Position numbers and translations under genes: made by a program. From NCBI RefSeq assembly GCF_006345805.1, contig NC_042997.1:176700001-176764000 (forward strand): a DNA stretch of 64,000 nt, given 5' to 3'. Below, in pieces: positions 62,901 through 64,000 of this stretch (within the stretch, counting starts at the first letter, position 1; the number at the start of each line of letters is the position of its first letter). The notes beneath the pieces are model-generated. The model searched no databases. It was not told the DNA's origin and saw only the letters and a list, made by a program, of their open reading frames with translations. This DNA is from Octopus sinensis. Lineage: Eukaryota.

Positions 62901-64000
62901 AACATCGAAGTCACCATGAGGTTGGAGAAGAGGAGCCTGCCACAGAAAGAGTATGTGAAACGTTGGAAGGATATGATGAGAAAGGTGGGTGTTAGTAACC
63001 CAGCTTAATCATCAAAGAAAGGAAAAATTAGTTGCTGGGCCTTATAGGCTGCCGGGTTCAAAATCCGGAACCTGCACTTCTCCCCCTTTTCATTTTAACA
63101 TATGTTATGTTTTCTAATGTTATTAAAAAAAAAAAAACGCACTAAAGTTCTCGTTATAAAGGCAAAAGTAAGCCAAGTTTTCGTTTATGTCATATTATGA
63201 CTAAATTTTTAAGTTTCATTCGAACTCTCATAACATTCTTTGTAATTGTTTGTCTTGTTATGTCCAAATCTATGTAAAATAGTATGATTATAATAAAGAT
63301 TTTATCGAAGCTACCATGAAGTGCTATGATAAAAAGGACCTTCAAATATGATAATACCTCTTTTTTCTGGAGTATATAAGGTTTTTGAGTTATATCTTAT
63401 ATTTAAAAGAAAACTATTCCAAAAGAAAAAAAATCTTCGAATAATAATATCGACATACGATCGTTGAAATATCGAGGCCATACATAAACAGCAGTGAAAG
63501 ATGTAACCTATGCACTGGAGAGGCTGGTTCTGAAAAACCTGCCGAAACCAGGCATTTATTAAACACCAAAATCGGAGATATTTGTATATGTAAACATGCT
63601 TGTAGTTTATATTAAGTAACTTGATACAGTTGCTCTGAATGAGAGATTGAATTCATATAGGTGTGGGCAGGGAGTACATGGATATAAAATTTTCAAGTGC
63701 TATCCTTTCATTTACTTTTTTCTTTCTTTCGTTCATTTTTCATGTTTTAAATTTTCTTCTTATCTTTTATTCAAACTGGTACTTTTTTCTTTCTTTCTTT
63801 CTTTTAGTCAAAAGAACGAATGGACCAAATAAACCATATATATTCTTGAAAAAAAAAACAACAACAAAAAGCAAAAACAAAAACAATAAACAAAACTAAT
63901 TGAAATTTGCTGCACATCAACAAGTCCATCATCAATGGAATTAACTCTTTAGTTTGCTCACAGGTTATCTTCATTCAAATTTAGACAATTTTTTTTAAAG

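Noticed and set aside
63895-64000. Possible exon of a neighbouring gene at the window end
   Set aside because: No recognisable protein motif or clear splice sites.

Overview
AT-rich, microsatellite- and SINE-dense animal genomic DNA. The repeat style suggests a coleoid cephalopod (Octopus-like), which is an inference. The left half carries a BBS4 (BBSome TPR subunit) gene on the - strand. Twelve coding exons, from the ATG at 32949 down to 574, splice with GT-AG boundaries and consistent phases into 436 codons, and the gene continues past the window start. The rest is a mosaic of tRNA-derived SINEs, decayed LINEs (CRE-, Tx1/L1-, CR1- and RTE-like), Penelope-like (RT/GIY-YIG) remnants, two Merlin-like MITEs, Helitron/Helentron-like elements, one solitary intact 5S rRNA gene and a tRNA-Phe 3' half. 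The most notable unannotated signal is a dense set of type I hammerhead ribozyme (HHR) motifs, about 6 canonical or near-canonical plus about 10 decayed, from several divergent families. They sit in small non-coding elements that occupy (TA)n microsatellites, are built as inverted fold-backs plus tandem ~340-490 nt monomers, and lie beside a Penelope remnant whose inverted terminal repeats also carry HHRs. This looks like a Penelope/retrozyme-like self-cleaving RNA system. All folding was done by eye; none of it is computationally or experimentally validated.
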